Translations under genes and position numbers: made by a program
Source: Geosiphon pyriformis uo1
Lineage: Eukaryota > Fungi > Glomeromycota
Reading direction: 5' to 3'
Assembly (NCBI GenBank): GCA_016748015.1
Contig: JAAOMT010000752.1
Span: 132,976 to 196,975 of the forward strand
Length of the DNA stretch: 64,000 nt
Shown: piece after piece, positions 26,545 to 37,956 of the stretch
Numbering within the stretch: the stretch's first letter is position 1
Layout of the letters: every line of letters begins with the position of its first letter
Notes under the pieces: model-generated
What the model saw: only the letters and a program-made list of their open reading frames with translations
Told to the model about the DNA's origin: nothing
The model's database searches: none

Positions 26545-27917
26545 ATGAATCCCAGAAACTACAACAATCTTAAAAATTATTTGGAGACCCTTACTATGCC
26601 AGAAAACTGGTCTCCAAGTGAAAAACACCGCTTACAACACCAATCAAAACAATATTTCATACACCAAAACAAAATTTATTATAAAAATCACAGAAAACCA
26701 AACCAGTCATTCAGATTAGTACAAGAGAATGAAAAAGAAACAATTTTATACAACATGCACACAGATTCGTCTTCAGCACACTTGGGAAAAGAGGGAACAA
26801 TTCAAAGAACCCTTGAACATTATTTTTGGCCTCACATGCAAAAAGACATTCGACAATATGTAGAATCTTGTGATAACTGCCAAAAAAGAGGAGGAATTCG
26901 CCCCACAGAACCTTTAAATCCAATCAAAGTTGGACAACCTTTTGACAGAGTTGGAATTGATTTAGTCGAACCATTACCTATCACAACCCAAGAAAATCGT
27001 TATATTGCAGTTGTAGTGGATTATCTTACCAAATGGCCTGAAGTTAAAGCCATCCAAAGAGCAGATGCAAAATTCATCTATGAAGACATTATCTGTAGAC
27101 ATGGATGCCCAATTGAACTCTTATCTGATCAAGAAACACATTTTGTGAACAACTTGATACAAGAAATTTGTGAATGATTCAATGTCAAAGACCTCTATCA
27201 TCACCTTATCACCCTCAAACAAATGGACTTGTAGAACGTTTCAACAGAACATTGTGTGAATCTTTAGTCAAAGTTTCAACAGACTTTGAACAGGAATGGG
27301 ATATTTTTATTCCATCAGTGTTACTAGCATACAGAACACTAAAACAAGATACTATGAAACACACACTATTTGATCTTACTTATGGAAGGACAGCAACATT
27401 ACCAATTAATTTCACAGTGGAAACATACTCAGTGCAACCAATCAATGAAGAAAACTTTCAAGAGACACTCCAAAGAAGAGCCTACACTCTTCTTAGTACA
27501 CTGGAAGGAAAAAAAAGAATAGCAGCAGCTTATATTGAACATTCCCAAGCTCAACAAAAAGAAAGACATAACAACAAATTACCATCTATTACCAATGAAT
27601 TTAAAGTTGGAAATAAAGTTCTCTTACACAGAACTAAGGCTGAAAAACAATGGAGTGGGAAATTTGAAAACAAATGGGATGGACCATTTTATATTCACGA
27701 AATTCTAGGCAATAGATCATATAAGTTAAGACTTGATGACAAAATATTAGCAAAAGTTGCACATGGAGACAGACTGAAACACTATCATTCCAGAAACAAT
27801 CCTGAACCATTAATTCCACAAATTGGTACACATTCCCCTTTAATTAATCCTGAAAATATTCTCCGAAATTTAGAACCAATAATTATAATAGAACAACAAC
27901 CAAACTTGAACACTTAA
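26545..27917 (+). pseudogene. Element B integrase, separate ATG-initiated ORF (HHCC, DDE core, GPF/Y domain; no chromodomain), one frameshift near 27175-27190
   Basis: MH..SAHLG..CDNC; GIDLV, SDQETHF, VERFN; KWDGPFYI. Confidence 0.92.
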
Positions 27918-28060
27918 ATTTTACAATAATTCCCTACTAAAAACACAAAGACAAAAATAGTAAATAATTACAAAACACCCAAACCCAAAAACAAATAAAA
28001 ACCCCATATCCAAAAAATAATTTTCTTTATTCTCTCTTTTCATAATTAGTCAATTTTATC

Positions 28061-28715
28061 ATGAATATTCCCCGAAATATTCAACAAATAGCCCAAAAAT
28101 TAATGTTAGCCTTGAAAACACTCCCTAACTTATCTATAACGATTAATGGAAGTCAAATTAAATACATTCAGAAAGAAACCACAGCCCCAGTAGCAAATCA
28201 TTTACAAAATTATCACCCCTATAGAAGAGAAACAAGAAGTCACCCTGAGAATAGATTACCAAGACTTTTGAAGCAGGCACTAGAAGAAAATCTGCTAATT
28301 GCCCCTATTAACATTCCACCAAATGCTACAATGCAACAAAAACTACTACTATTTCTTAATGAACAGAACAATGAACACACCCCTATCTATAGATATGTTC
28401 AAATTGGAAAAACACTTTATGAACGAAAACTGGAACTTGAAGCAACAAATCTCACTCCTGAAGTTATACAAAAACAAATCTACAATGAATTCAAAACAGC
28501 AGCTAGATCAACAAACACTCGCTACAAACTTAGAGCAACTTTTAGACTCTATGATTTGTTTAATACTTGTGAAAATGTTCTACAAAATCCAATACTCGCA
28601 ATCAATGAAAGTCCAATACATTGACAAACTCACAGAACTGAAATTTCAACAATTTTCAGACCAGATTACTTCAATCATTTTAGATCACTATCTCAATACT
28701 ACAGATAGTGTTTGA
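28061..28715 (+). CDS. Element B ORF3, unknown protein in the env position (frameshift near 28595)
   Basis: 187-aa open ORF continued by frame 28299..28715; homologous to ORF3 of A and C (see findings). Confidence 0.75.
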
Positions 28716-28736
28716 ACTTCGACGGAGCTCAGTCTT

Positions 28737-28749
28737 GAGGAGGAGATTA
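28737..28749 (+). promoter_or_regulatory. Polypurine tract of B
   Basis: GAGGAGGAGATTA directly before the 3' LTR TGTTAC. Confidence 0.85.
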
Positions 28750-29741
28750 TGTTACCAGTAGAATTTTAGCTATTAATTAGCATAAAATTACCCTTATAAT
28801 TTCTATAATTCATTAGTATATTAATATCATTTCAAATTATCATTTATTATTTAATCAAGTATCACATATTACGATTCAATTAAAATAATCTAATTAGTAT
28901 AACAAAAAGTAAGATGATCAAATTACACAATACCCTGAACTTTGTAACATTCAAAAATTCACCGAAATTTACAGAAATTTGCCGAAATTTATAAGAAATT
29001 CGCTGAAATTATGAATAGTTCACCCAAATTAATCAATAGTTCAGAAAAATAACTTGTAGTTTATCAAAATGTATCTTTAGTTTGCCGGAATTTGGGCAAA
29101 GAGAAAAAGTGCAAGTTCATAAACTAGTATTACAACAAGTTGTATAAAAGAAGAGCTTTTTCTCTTCTGGAAAATGTATCTTACTTTAGATTTATTACTT
29201 AAAACCATTTCTACACACACAAAAAGAAATAAATACCAAATAATTTGAAAAACCAAATTCTTTAATTATTGCCCTTAGAAAATCCCCAAAAACCAACTAA
29301 CATTTCGAAATTGATTAGCTACCAATTTCAGTAAACTGTTAGTGACTCCAGGCCTGGATAGAAAACGTTTCTCTTGACAAAATTCTATTTCTTTTACATT
29401 TCTTTTATTTTCTTTTATTTTTCTTACTATAATCATTAAGGTAGTCTACAGACAAGATTTCTGTAGAAGAGTTGACTTTTACAGCAAAGTAACTACACAT
29501 TTTTAGTGAGCTTTCAGACAAGCAATTCCTGGGAAGAGTTGATGTTTACTACAATATAACTACATAAAGTAACTGGCAAGGAATTGGTCATTCCACTTAT
29601 AAGCCCAGCAGTTCAAATTATAGGAGATAATTTGAAGATAAATTCAGTTATTGGAGGTTCAACTACTTCCTAAAAATGTGAATTCACAGCAAATCAACAT
29701 TACCAACATTTAAGAAAAGAGACCAAAAACCTCTGGTAACA
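28750..29741 (+). repeat. 3' LTR of element B
   Basis: Direct repeat of 20148-21140; differences are almost all C/T or G/A. Confidence 0.95.
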
Positions 29742-32116
29742 ATGACAACAGCAATAACAACAGCAATTTAAACTCAGATTCAGACTTCAAACAGTACATC
29801 ACGCTTTCTAATCTCTCTAAAGTAAGAACTCAGATGGTTCAGTAATAATGATGAAGGTATTATGCCAGAATGTGTGCATAATACTGATGCAGAGTTTGAT
29901 CTGAAATATTCAGAAAAAGATGCCATCAAATTGGAACCACATTCACACACTTGCATTGATCTTAAAGTTGCACTGAAAATCTCTACAACAACAATAGTTA
30001 AATAGCATCTAAAAGTAACTTAACGAAAAAAGGAATCAGCATCAGAGGAGAAATAATTGATGCCAGATATGTGGAAAATATTATTGCTATGCTATAAAAT
30101 GACTCAGAAAAGGCCTATATTATAGAGCCAAACAAAAAGATAGCACAAGCAATATTCTTGCCTCTGATTAAAATAGCTCAATTAGTATTAATGGGAAACA
30201 GAGAATAATTAGAAATTACAGCTAGAAGAATACAAGAATTTGGATCAATGGGTAGAATAGATGTACCAATCAATATGGCAGAAGAAGAGATTATTGACAA
30301 GGAAGAAATTATATTCACCTGTCAATCAATTTCTATTCTGTCATATGATCAGTACATGTTAGTTATAGAAAAAAAAGTGAAGGATCAGGCACAAATTTTT
30401 AAAGCAGAACCAATCATTTGCAAATCAGAAAAAATTGGACTTATCAATCTCTACATACCAGCCAAAAACAAGAAACATATTAAAATTTCCATCTACAATG
30501 CAACAGGAAATATCATAGAAATATTAAAAGGAATCACCATTAGGTATTTAAGCATTGAAGTTGAAGAACAGACACCAAACCCCATTCCAGATTTCTCACA
30601 GCTTTGCGAATATGTAAATATCACATTACAAACAATTTATAAATGGAACAAATGTTATCTGCTCCAACCAGAACAATTGGAACAAATGTTATCTGCTCCA
30701 ACCAGAACAATTGGAACAAATAAACATGGGAAACTTAGACCCACTTCAATGTATACAGCTCAAGATGTTACTCAACAACTTTAATGACATCTTTGCCAGC
30801 AAAAATGAATTTGGCTGTACTGATATCATCCAGCATTAGATCAAGACTGGAGATGCAATGCCAATAAAACAATAAGCATACAGAGTACCACCAGCCAACC
30901 ATGAAATCATTCGTCAAGAAATCAATCAAATACTTGACAACGGGCTAATTCAGTTATCAATAAGTCTATGGTCATCACCAGTAGTACTAGTCTATAAGAA
31001 AAATGAGAAAATCCGCTTTTGTGTGGATTACAGGAAACTGAATAGAGTAACAAAAGAAGATAGCTACCTGACTCCAAAGATCCAAGAACTGTTTGATGCT
31101 TTTGGAGAAAAAAAATGGTTCTCAACTTTGGACTTAGACAGTGATTACTGACAAGTAGCCATGAAACTAAAAGATAAAGAGAAAATGGCTTTTACAATGT
31201 GAGAACAAAATTTCGAATTTAAAGTAATGCCATTTGGTTTGATGAATACACCAGCCACCTTTCAACAACTAATGGAAATTGTTTATACCAGACTACTATA
31301 GAAATCAGTAGTTGTTTACTTAGATGACACAAATGTGTTCTCCAAGACATTTGATGATCATTTGCATCATCTTCAACAAGTGTTTGAAAGACTAAAAAGA
31401 GCTGGATTAAAATTAAATACAACTAAGTGTTTCTTTGGAAAAACTGAACTCAAGTTTTTGGGACATGTTGTGAACAAAAACAGTATCAAAATGGATCCAG
31501 ACAAGATTGAGATAATCAAGAACTTTCCAGTACCAACCAACTTGACAAAACTAAAAGCATTCTTGGGATTTGTCAGATACTATCACTGCTTTATTAAAGA
31601 TTTTTCTAAACTGGTCCAGTCATTACACCAGCTCTAATCAAAAAACATTAAGTATAAATAGACAGAAAACCAGCAAGAAGCTTTTGACATATTAAGAAAA
31701 AAGCTTATTCAAGCTCCAGTGTTAATGTATCCAAATCACAGCAAATCATTTATTATCACCACTGATAAAGCCAAGCATTGGGAGCAGTACTATCACAGAA
31801 AAGACCAGATGGAAGAGAACATCCAGTAGTATAAGCCAGCTGAAGTTTGAGTTCAGCTGAAAAGAACTATGGAACACTAGCATTAGAACACTTAGCAATC
31901 TATTGGGCAGTCATGAAATAGAAAAAATACTTAAGCCAGAAGTTCGACATATACACTGATTATAAAGGATTGACTTCAATCCAGAAGCAAGAATTTGAAG
32001 ATAATCGTTACACTTGATAGAAAATAGAACTTTCACTATTTAAATATATAGTACACTACAAAAAAAGAAAAAAAAATGAAAATGCTGATGGTTTATTACG
32101 AATAAGACAAATCTAA
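29742..32116 (+). pseudogene. Element A polyprotein 3' part: dUTPase - dUTPase-like - RT - RNase H
   Basis: DAEFDLKY, IAQAIF, QEFGSMG (dUTPase); RFCVDYRKLN, MPFGL, YLDD (RT); RNase H ending NADGLLRIRQI* (TAA 32114-32116). Confidence 0.88.
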
Positions 32117-32146
32117 GAACACTTCAACCCAAAAATATAACAAAAG

Positions 32147-33437
32147 ATGAATAAACAAAAATATTAACAACTTCAACATTTTATAAATACCCAATGGTTC
32201 AAGGAGAAATTATTTCAAAAAGAACAAAACCATATCAAACAACAGTCCAAATATTTTATCACTCACCAAAATATACTTTATTGGAAAAACAAAAAGAATC
32301 TAGATCAACCAACCAGAATAATCACGAAATCAGAGAAAGAAACAATATTATTCAACATGCACTTTGATCCAACAGCAGGACATTTTCACAAAGAAGCAAT
32401 CATAAAAAGAACCAGAAATAGATACTATTGGCCATTTATGTACCCAGACATCATCCAATATGTGCAAAATTGTAATGCTTGTCAAAGAAGAGGAAGAACA
32501 AGACCTAGCAAGCCATTAAGACCAATCAAAGTAGGACAACCATTTGAGCAGATTGGAATTGACTTAGTTGGACCATTAACAATAATTAGCAGAGGGAACA
32601 GATACATCACAGTAGTCATGAATTATCTCACTAAATGGCCAGAAGCAAAAGCAATTCAAAGAGCAGATACAAAATCTGTTGCTAAATTCATCTATTAAGA
32701 TCTGATTTGTCAACACAGATGTTCAAAAGAATTATTATTTGACCAAGGAACTCACTTTGTGAATAAAACATTAACAGAACTGAGTCAAAGATTCGGAATA
32801 AAGAGACCATTATCATTGTTATATCACTTACAAACCAATAGATTAGTTGAAAGATTCAATAGAACATTGTGCAAAGTGATAGCCAAGATCAGCCAAGAAA
32901 ACCAGGATGAATAGGACTTATTTATACCATCAGTATTATTTGCTTATTAGACAATAAAGCAAGATACTACACAAACAACATTATTTGAATTAGTATATGG
33001 TAGAACAGAAACACTACCAGTTAAGATAGAGATCAATACATATCTAATGGAATCAATAACAGAAGACAATTTCCAAGAAACATTGTTGAAAAGAACATAT
33101 AATATAATAGAAACACTAGAAAACAAATAATGAAAAGCAGCTGATAACATTCAAAAATCACAAGAAAAATAAAAAAAAAAGGCACAATAATCAACTACCA
33201 GATAAACCAGTCAAATTCAAGATTGGAGACAAAGTATTGTTACATTGTATTAAAGTGAAAAAACAGTGGAATGGAAAGTTTGATCCAAAATGGGATGGAC
33301 CATTTCACATACACAAAATTTTAAGAAACAGATCTTATAAGTTACAATTAGAAAACAGAATTCTGAAAAAAACAGCACATAGAAATCATTTAAAAATTTA
33401 TCAAACACAAGAATTGACATTAGTGGATACCAGATAA
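32147..33437 (+). pseudogene. Element A integrase (separate ORF)
   Basis: ATG MNKQK; AGHFH..CNAC; GIDLVGPL; VERFN; KWDGPF. Confidence 0.88.
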
Positions 33438-33819
33438 TGCTCAGGAGTGAAAAAAAAGACTCCCTCCAATATATTGGTTTTATAAAATTGGAAAACAACT
33501 AAACTTAGAAAACCCATATAGAAACTACAACCAGAAAACTTTCAACAAAGAAGCAATGCAACAAGTAGAAAAATTTGTAGAAAGGAACAACTTAACACTA
33601 CACTACAAGGCAGCATGTCAATTATACGTCACTTTTCAATATTGTTCAAATGTATTATTGGATAGATCTTTGAAAAAGATAACAGTCAACAACATAGAAT
33701 GAATGACCAATCAATAGTTTGAAGATCTACAAAAAGCCATAGTCAACATAACCATTAAACATTACACGAACGAAGTTTTATCAACAGACATAACCAATTT
33801 TACAGAAGCTCAATATTAA
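33420..33819 (+). pseudogene. Element A ORF3 remnant (C-terminal part)
   Basis: My translation: PPIYWFYKIGKQL...VEKFVERNNLTLHYKAACQLYVTF...FEDLQKAI...NFTEAQY*, which aligns with ORF3 of C and B. Confidence 0.7.
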
Positions 33820-33834
33820 AAAAAGAGGAGATAA

Positions 33835-34775
33835 TGTTACTTAAAGAAAGAAAGCCTATCAAAGAAAAAAAGAAAAACATGACCTAAAGAAAAATATAAC
33901 GAAACATAAAGGAACACAGAATAGCATACAATAATATTAAATAATGTATTATAATGTTGGATAATGTATTATAATATAGGATAATGTGTTATAACATAAG
34001 ATAACATGTTATAACATAGAATAACATAGAATAACATGTAATAATATCAGATAACATATTATAACATAGAATAATTAGTTATAACATAAGAAAAATGAAA
34101 TAATAGCTAGTAAGAACAGATGATCCAAAGCAATCCTATAAAACTAGAAAATACATATATATAGCAGTAGCATTAGAAACAGAAGGAAAAGAAAGGAAAA
34201 AAAAAATTCTTTAGTTACCATTCCCCAGTTAGAAACCATAGTATTTCAAAATATTAATAAATATACTTATTCAGCATCTTAAATCCAGTTGTTTGTTATC
34301 AACCTTAAATGATGATAATAATTGATACTTAAAACATGTGAGAACAATAGCTCTTGATTATGGCTATTAATGGAATACTAACTTGTATTGCCTTGGCTTA
34401 TTGTCTTTATTTTCTTTATCTCTTTTATTTTTTTGTCTTTATTTTGTTGGGTATACTAATTGATTGAGAATTAAAGTGCTAAGTATTAACATCAAGGATT
34501 GTCTGGTAAAAAACTCCTGCAAGTGGGTAGAATGTGTAAGAATTATGGATTGCTTACCAAAGAATTGCTGGCCACTACACTAAGAAAGAAATTAACAGAA
34601 TTGCAATTCCGGAAAGCTACAGAAAAAATAACATAGGCATCTCTGTCTATTATATAAAGAACTCTAATCAAAATCTTCTGATTGAAACACCTTCAAACAT
34701 TACTAATGTCATCAATTAAGCACCAAGTTATGGGTTTGTTATTTGCTTTGAGACCCCAAATAATTACTTGTAACA
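33835..34775 (+). repeat. 3' LTR of element A (PPT AAAAAAAGAGGAGATAA immediately upstream)
   Basis: TGTTAC...TGTAACA; direct repeat of 15444-16383. Confidence 0.92.
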
Positions 34776-37055
34776 ATAGTAAAAAAATTTGTTTTATTGG
34801 CCATAATTCAAGTTTATATATGTATAACAGATATACTATAATTTGTTTTACTGATAAAACATCTAAGAAGACTATTATTAATTTTATTCTAGTTTTTAAA
34901 AGTGTGAATTTGCATTGGTGTGGTCTTTTTTTGGTTTGTTGTACTCAATATAAATAATTTGGTTATATTTCTGGTATGTATTTAATAAGTAGAAATCTGA
35001 GTAGTTACAGTAAGCAAGTAGTTAATTTTTAGGATCAAATCTGTTTGGCAAATATATATATAAGAAAAAGCAAACATTAATTGCTTATCTGGTTTTATTT
35101 AGTAGAAAGACTTGGGCTCAAATTGTTAGTAGTTCTATTTCTTGTGTAGTATCTTTGGGTTTTTTTGGTACTGGTCTATTTTTGAATATTAAATCTTTTC
35201 TGTCAGTTTTTTTGAATGTAAGAAGTAGGTTTGTTACTTTTAAGTATTGTCTTGCCAATTTTGTAGAGCAAGTTGACAAGTTGGCTAAGAAATTAAATAC
35301 ACTTAGATTGATGGTTTTTCAGTCTAGTCTTGAATATTGGCCATTAATAACTCCTTTATTACAAAATCAAATAACAAATATAGTAATAAGTGAGAATTTA
35401 AGTGCAATTACTAGTGATAAAACTGTTGTGGAAGTAATGGTTTTAGATTTGATAGTCATTTCAAAATTGGAAAAGAACATGAATAATTTGTTAAACATAA
35501 TTATGAGTCTAATAGCCAAAGTAAAAAATGCTGGTTTGTGTTCTGATATTTATTTTTTTTTATAACCAATCTTATTTGAAAAGTAGCTACATACAATATT
35601 TAAGATATTAACAACTCTGCCAAACAAGAAAATATTATTTGTTAACATAAAAATATAAACAATTTAATTTTTATTGTTATTGAGACAAAATTGAAGAGTA
35701 AAGTTCATTCTTAAATTATAAACAAGTTTGATAGAGTTTGAGTGTTTACTTCTGGTTTGGAATTTGGTCATCTGAGTTTTGGTGTTATAGTTATTATGAA
35801 CATTGAATTAGCAAAACATGTGTGCAAAGTTTTAGAAATTGCTAATAGGTTATTTTTTAAAAATAATTTTTCTGTTTCAATTTTGGGACTATATGCTGGT
35901 ACTACTCTAGCTGTTTGCTTAACTCAAACTTATGAAATCAATTTGGTGATTGTTAAGGCCATAAATGAATTTTTGTTTGTGATTTTGGGTGGTAATTTCA
36001 ATAAAGATAGTTCTTGTAGATGTACTAGTTTCAAAAAGTGCCTTGATTTAGAGCTGGTTAATTTTTTGGCAAAGAGCTTAGTTGCAAGAATCATAACATA
36101 GAACAATTTTAGAAGTTCTAAAAAACAAATAATTTCATTTTTGTGTTTGCAAATTTAATTAATATAATGATAGATCATAATATTTTGGATATTGAAAAAC
36201 ACTTTGACACTGATCATTGGACTGTTTTTATTTCTGTAAGGCTAAATGATTTGTTAAATATGCATTTAAACAATCTTTGTAAACAGATAAATAAAAATTA
36301 CTAAAAGTTTGATTTCAAGGATTCTGATAAAGCAAAATAGAATGAATTTAAAAATGCTATAATAGCTAATACAGCTATGTTTTTTGATGATTTTGTTGTG
36401 TTTAAGAATTTCTCAGATCTGAATGTTATATAAAGAGTTGTTTATAAGATAATAAGTTTATTGGCCAATAAGATGTTCAAAAAATATGGTTTAAAGAATT
36501 CAATTGTGTTTTTACTAAAAAATCTTACAGATTTCATAGATTGAAATTGTTAGTGTCAAGAATTATTAGGTTTTTACATGATAAGTTTGGTAATGAGTTT
36601 GTTTTTTTAATAACCCACTGATTGTCTTTGGACAGTAATAAAACTTTAAAAATTCAGATTTTGTTAAACTTAAATGCTAACTTAAGGTGTATAAAGTCTG
36701 TATTTTTTGCTGTAAAGAAATCATATTATGCTTTCAAACTTACTGAATCTCAGAAAGCTAAGAAATATAATATCAGATTTGCTATTAATAAGTGAATAAA
36801 AAGCTTTGCAGTTAATAAAAGTTACACAATTCAGAGTATTTTAGAGCATTTTTTTTGGAAAGTGATATTGAATTATTTGGTTGTTAATAATGAATTGGTT
36901 TTGAATTTTATTGAGATTAAATTTAAAATTGATATAATTATAAAAAATTAAATAAAAAAGATATTAGTATTAAACATTATTCCTAATTTGTAGTATTGTT
37001 AATATTAATCACTGGCTTATATTAATGATACAGCTTTTTCTAATGTTATAAGTGC

Positions 37056-37956
37056 TGTTATAAGTGATTATTTGGAATATGAAAACAAATAACAAATCTG
37101 TAACTTGGTATTCAATAGCTAAATGGTGTTGGTAATATCTAAAGGTTTTCATAATCTGAAAGTTTTGGTTAATCTGAAGGTTTAGTTAAGTTCTTTGTAT
37201 AATAAACAAAAATTCAATGATTGTTTCAGTAGTTTTTTGGAATGATTATTTCATTAAATTTCTTTTTTTAACATGATGGCCAATTTATTTTAGCAGTCAT
37301 GCCCTTCTAATAAGCTATTCTTAAATTTCTAAACTCTATACTCTTATTTTTAGGTCTTTTACCAAGCTATCTTTGATGTTAATTAATTAGCACTTAATCT
37401 TTTAAATCAATTAGTAAACAACAAACAACAAACAACAAAAAAATAAAAAAAAAATAAAAAAATAAAAAAAAAAATAAGAATTAGTATTCTGTCAATAGCT
37501 ATAATCAAGAGCTATTGTTCCAGTGTGGTTAAGTATTAATAATAGATGAGTAATAGAAATTTTTAATCAAATAATAATAACATAGATTGAATGATAATAA
37601 GTATGTTTTATTGAATATTTTAATGAATTCATTTTGGTTGATAGTAACTATTCATAAAGTGAGTGTTAATTAATAGATAAAAAAAGAAATGTTAAATTAA
37701 AACTGAACTAAATACTTTTTTTGCTTCTAATGCTACTGCTATATATATATAGTTAGTGTTATATAAGATTTTTGAAATTCTGTAATTCCTTTAAAGGAAT
37801 TCTGGAATCCTGCAATTTTACATAAAAAATTCTGGGATTTTGGGATTCTGAGATTCTGCAATTTTTTTAGAAGAATTCTGGAATTTTTCTGTTATTATGC
37901 CTACTTCTGATTGACTATTTCTCCAACTATAATATTTCTAATTTTTATGAGTAACA
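37056..37956 (-). repeat. Solo LTR (C-type U3, A-like U5 end) inserted in LINE-4 ORF2
   Basis: Minus-strand TGTTACTCATAAAA...CACTTATAACA; 4-bp TSD GTGC/ATAC (two G>A); no internal domain. Confidence 0.85.

Larger units (their letters stand above)
20148..29741 (+). mobile_element. Ty3/Gypsy LTR retrotransposon B (dUTPase-encoding; youngest element), nested in A
   Basis: Paired ~993-bp LTRs with TGTTACCAG...CTGGTAACA inverted termini. Perfect TSD ATGA (20144-20147 / 29742-29745). The host reading frame of A rejoins across it. Confidence 0.95.
15444..34775 (+). mobile_element. Ty3/Gypsy LTR retrotransposon A (dUTPase-encoding), containing nested element B
   Basis: Paired ~940-bp LTRs, PBS and PPT. 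TSD ATGG/ATAG. Domain order PR-RT-RH-IN. Confidence 0.93.

Noticed and set aside
27780-27917. Chromodomain at the integrase C-terminus
   Set aside because: After the GPF domain there is only a short Pro/Ile-rich tail (LEPIIII), with no chromodomain aromatic-cage motif.
28061-28715. ORF3 as a true envelope gene
   Set aside because: Short and hydrophilic; no signal peptide, fusion peptide or TM anchor visible.
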